From positions 17,484,001 to 17,548,000 of the forward strand of contig JBHGNT010000016.1 of assembly GCA_043228905.1 (NCBI GenBank): a stretch of 64,000 nt of DNA, in the 5' to 3' direction. The DNA is from Azolla caroliniana (Eukaryota; Plantae; Polypodiophyta). Below the pieces are notes generated by a model that had not been told where the DNA came from, searched no databases, and worked only from the letters and a program-made list of their open reading frames with translations. The translations under genes and the position numbers were made by a program. This document shows, piece after piece, positions 60,634 to 64,000 of the stretch; the stretch's first letter is position 1, and each line of letters opens with the position of its first letter.

Positions 60634-63600
60634 ATGGAAGGCGGCGGCAGCGGGCAGCCGATGATGATGGTGCTGAATGCACAGAATTACGCCGACTGGA
60701 AGATCAAGATGGAGGATCTTCTGATTGTTCGGGACCTGTACGAACCGATTGACAGGTCGGAAATACCGAAAGGGGTACTTGAGTCGGAGTGGAAGCTCCT
60801 GAACCGGAAAGCCGTAGCGACGATCCGACAATATGTCGATGTAAGCGTCCTACAACATGTGGCGAATGACACCAACGCATATGAGATGTGGAAGAAGCTG
60901 TCGGGCCTCTACGAGAGGAAGAATGCGTTGAACCGGACCTCCCTGATGAGGAAGATAGTGAACCTCAAGTACCGGGACGGCGAGAGTATGGTCGAACACG
61001 TAAGCACGTTCATGGGATTCGTGAATCAGCTTGCGGCGATCAAGTTCCCGTTGGAGGATGCAATGCAAGCCATCATCCTGATGTGTACATTGCCAGAAAG
61101 CTGGGAGAACTTGGTGGTGACTCTCAGCACCTCCTGCACCGAAGATAACTTGTCCTTACAAACGGTAAAGACAAGTATTTTGAATGAAGAAGCGCGTCGG
61201 AGAGATAAGGAACCGACCTCCGACCCGAAGATGTTGTTTACCGAATCGGATCGGGGAAGACAATGGAACCGGAGTCCGCAAAGACGGGAGAAGTCGGGGA
61301 CCCGGTCGCATTCAAGAGGAAGACCCACATGCTTCCACTGTGGGAAGCCGGGGCACTTCCGAAAAAATTGTCGGCATTACCGAAAAGACAACGGAGCCGA
61401 CGACACCGATTCGAAGAAGTCACCAGATAGAAACGGCGCATACCGGGGAGCCACGGACCGGAGAGGTTCGGATCGGCGAGAGCAGGACCGGAAAGGAACA
61501 ACGGCACTCGCGGCAAGTGAGGAAGAAATCATGCTCATCACCGAAGAAGGAGAGCTAAACATTGCCGGCGATGAGACGACCTGGGTGGTCGACTCCGGAG
61601 CATCGTTCCACCTGACCCCGGAGAGAAGATACTTCTCATCCTACATAGCCGGTGAGCATGGCTGTGTTCGGATGGGGAATGAAGGTACGTGCCGGATTGC
61701 CGGCATCGGAGACGTGTGGTTGACAACCCCGACCGGATGCAAAATGCTGCTGAAGGATGTCCGACACGTTCCGGAGGTTCGATTGAACCTGATTTCGGCC
61801 GGAAGGCTAGACGATGAAGGCTACACGGGTAGCATCCGGAACGGCGTAATGAAGTTCAGCAAGGGGAGCCTGATAGTGGCTCGGGCCCGGAAGGTCAACA
61901 CACTATACCTGATTAATGCCCGGTTATGTCCGGAAGAGCTGAATGTGGCAGCCGACACTGCCGGTGAGCTGTGGCACAAGAGACTGTGCCACATGAGCGA
62001 GAAGGGGATGAAGAGGCTTGCAGAAGACAACCTCATTCCAGTGAAGCATGTGCACCTGGAGAAGTGCACCGATTGCCTGGCCGGTAAGCAGAACCGAACC
62101 TCCTTCCACTCAAGGCCACCGACGAGACGTAGCGCACCATTGGAGTTGGTGCACACCGACGTGTGTCAGGTAGAAACGAAGTCACATGGCGGAGCCCAGT
62201 ACTTCGTAACATTCATAGATGACTACAGCCGAAGACTGTGGACGGCACCTTTGAAGACAAAGGACCAAGTATTGTCCGTCTTCAAAGAACTCCACGCGAG
62301 GTTGGAAAGGGAATCCGGCAAGAAGCTGAAAGCGATACGAGCGGATAACGGAGGGGAATACCGAGGGCAGTTCCAGGAGTACTGTCGCTCGAAGGGAATC
62401 CGACTCGAGTTTACTGTGCCGAAGACGCCGGAACTGAACGGGCTGGCCGAGAGGATGAACCGGACCGTAATGGAGAGGGTCCGGAGTATGCTGGCGCATG
62501 CGAAACTACCCAAGGGATTTTGGGCTGAGGCAATGTCGACGGCGACGTATGTGATAAATAGATCACCCTCAGTACCTTTGGACGGAGACACGCCGCAGAG
62601 AGTGTGGACCGGTAGGGAAGTATCCTACCGGCATCTGAAGGTGTTCGGGTGTCTCGCATACGTGCATGTGGCAAAGGACCGGAGAGGAAAGCTAGATCCA
62701 AAGACCCGGCCATGCATATTCCTCGGTTACGGCGACGACGAGTTCGGCTACCGAGTATGGGACCCGGTCGACAAGAAGATATTCAGGAGTCGAGATATCA
62801 TCTTCATGGAGGAAAAGACACTCGCCGACTGGGAGTCGGAGAAGAAGATGAAGAGCTCCAAGTCGACCAGTGAGGATCAACTCTACGAGGAGCAGTCCCG
62901 ACCGGCAAGGGACCGGTTAACACTCGAGGATCCGGCCGAAGACGGTGAAGAAACAGAACCGGCCGAAGAAGATGAAAATGATACCGGAACCGGCCCCGAT
63001 CCCGAAATGAATTCGGATGAAGAAGAATCGGAAGAACCGGTTACCAAAGCTCCGGAACGGAGATATCCTCTAAGAGAGAGAAGGGCCCCCCGGAGATTTC
63101 CGGAACCAGAGCATGTGCTGCTAACCGACGAGGGGGAGCCGGAGAGCTTTGAAGAAGCAAAGCACGACACCCAAAGCCGCAGGTGGTTGAGTGCCATGCA
63201 GGACGAGATGGATTCCCTGCATGAGAACCACACATATGAACTAGTGAAGTTGCCGAAAGGAAAGCGGGCACTTCGAAACAAGTGGGTGTTCAAGCTGAAA
63301 CCGGGAGATGCCGGAAACCCCCCGAGATACAAAGCCAGGATCGTGGTGAAGGGGTTTCAGCAGAAGAAGGGCGTCGACTTCGACGAAATATTTGCCCCGG
63401 TAGTAAAAATGACCTCCATCCGGACGGTGCTGAGCATAGCGGCAAGCATGGACCTCGAGGTAGAACAGATGGACGTGAAGACGGCATTCCTTCACGGTGA
63501 CCTCGAAGAAGAGATCTACATGCAGCAACCAGAAGGATTCGAGAAGAAAGGGAAGGAGCACCTGGTATGTCGGTTAAAGAAGAGCCTTTACGGACTGAAG

Positions 63601-64000
63601 CAGGCTCCCCGACAATGGTACCGAAAGTTCGACTCTTTCATGACCGACGAAGGGTACCTCAAAACGCAGTCCGACCACTGCGTGTTTGTGAAGAAGTTCG
63701 AAGGAGGAGACTTTCTAATACTCCTCCTGTATGTGGACGACATGTTGATCGTCGGACGGGACCAGGTCAAGATACGGATGCTGAAGAAGGCTCTTCACCG
63801 AACCTTCTCAATGAAGGACCTGGGTTCGGCGAGACCAATTCTAGGGATGCACATCATCCGGAACCGGAAGAAGAAGCTGTTGTGGCTGTCACAGGAGAAG
63901 TACGTGACGAAGGTGCTTCACCGGTTTAACATGTCGGAAGCAAGGCCGGTCGGATCGACCCTCCCGGCAAACTGCAAGCTGTCCAGCAAGCAAAGTCCCA
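60634..64000 (+). CDS. Apparently intact copia (Tnt1-like) Gag-Pol, running off the window end
   Basis: MEGGGSGQP...; CFHCGKPGH..C, WVVDSGAS, LVHTDV; LLLYVDDM at 63721 is in frame with the ATG; absent from the ORF track, consistent with no stop before the edge. Confidence 0.9.
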   Translation, partial: MEGGGSGQPMMMVLNAQNYADWKIKMEDLLIVRDLYEPIDRSEIPKGVLESEWKLLNRKAVATIRQYVDVSVLQHVANDTNAYEMWKKLSGLYERKNALNRTSLMRKIVNLKYRDGESMVEHVSTFMGFVNQLAAIKFPLEDAMQAIILMCTLPESWENLVVTLSTSCTEDNLSLQTVKTSILNEEARRRDKEPTSDPKMLFTESDRGRQWNRSPQRREKSGTRSHSRGRPTCFHCGKPGHFRKNCRHYRKDNGADDTDSKKSPDRNGAYRGATDRRGSDRREQDRKGTTALAASEEEIMLITEEGELNIAGDETTWVVDSGASFHLTPERRYFSSYIAGEHGCVRMGNEGTCRIAGIGDVWLTTPTGCKMLLKDVRHVPEVRLNLISAGRLDDEGYTGSIRNGVMKFSKGSLIVARARKVNTLYLINARLCPEELNVAADTAGELWHKRLCHMSEKGMKRLAEDNLIPVKHVHLEKCTDCLAGKQNRTSFHSRPPTRRSAPLELVHTDVCQVETKSHGGAQYFVTFIDDYSRRLWTAPLKTKDQVLSVFKELHARLERESGKKLKAIRADNGGEYRGQFQEYCRSKGIRLEFTVPKTPELNGLAERMNRTVMERVRSMLAHAKLPKGFWAEAMSTATYVINRSPSVPLDGDTPQRVWTGREVSYRHLKVFGCLAYVHVAKDRRGKLDPKTRPCIFLGYGDDEFGYRVWDPVDKKIFRSRDIIFMEEKTLADWESEKKMKSSKSTSEDQLYEEQSRPARDRLTLEDPAEDGEETEPAEEDENDTGTGPDPEMNSDEEESEEPVTKAPERRYPLRERRAPRRFPEPEHVLLTDEGEPESFEEAKHDTQSRRWLSAMQDEMDSLHENHTYELVKLPKGKRALRNKWVFKLKPGDAGNPPRYKARIVVKGFQQKKGVDFDEIFAPVVKMTSIRTVLSIAASMDLEVEQMDVKTAFLHGDLEEEIYMQQPEGFEKKGKEHLVCRLKKSLYGLKQAPRQWYRKFDSFMTDEGYLKTQSDHCVFVKKFEGGDFLILLLYVDDMLIVGRDQVKIRMLKKALHRTFSMKDLGSARPILGMHIIRNRKKKLLWLSQEKYVTKVLHRFNMSEARPVGSTLPANCKLSSKQSP

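Noticed and set aside
60687-63929. Many short ORFs in the track
   Set aside because: Off-frame or antisense shadows of the GC-rich copia polyprotein.

Overview
A eukaryotic, land-plant-like (possibly fern or other non-seed plant; inferred) repeat-dense window made almost entirely of nested transposable elements, with no clear host gene. It contains decayed and intact Ty1/copia and Ty3/gypsy LTR retrotransposons, an 11.7-kb Sola2-like DNA transposon carrying a RING-finger passenger gene, a Penelope-like retroelement with a type-I hammerhead ribozyme, and a TGT...ACA repeat family inserted at CCGG with 4-bp TSDs. The centrepiece is a young, intact non-chromovirus gypsy element (42865-53154, TSD AATAG) nested in a decayed relative. 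It has a second 875-aa ORF and three tandem 5' LTRs. It has no polypurine tract; a tRNA-3'-end mimic sits directly before the 3' LTR. The LTR-LTR junctions contain a perfect sense 18-nt tRNA 3' end, which suggests that BOTH cDNA strands are tRNA-primed. All alignments were made by eye; tRNA and family identities come from recall and need database confirmation.
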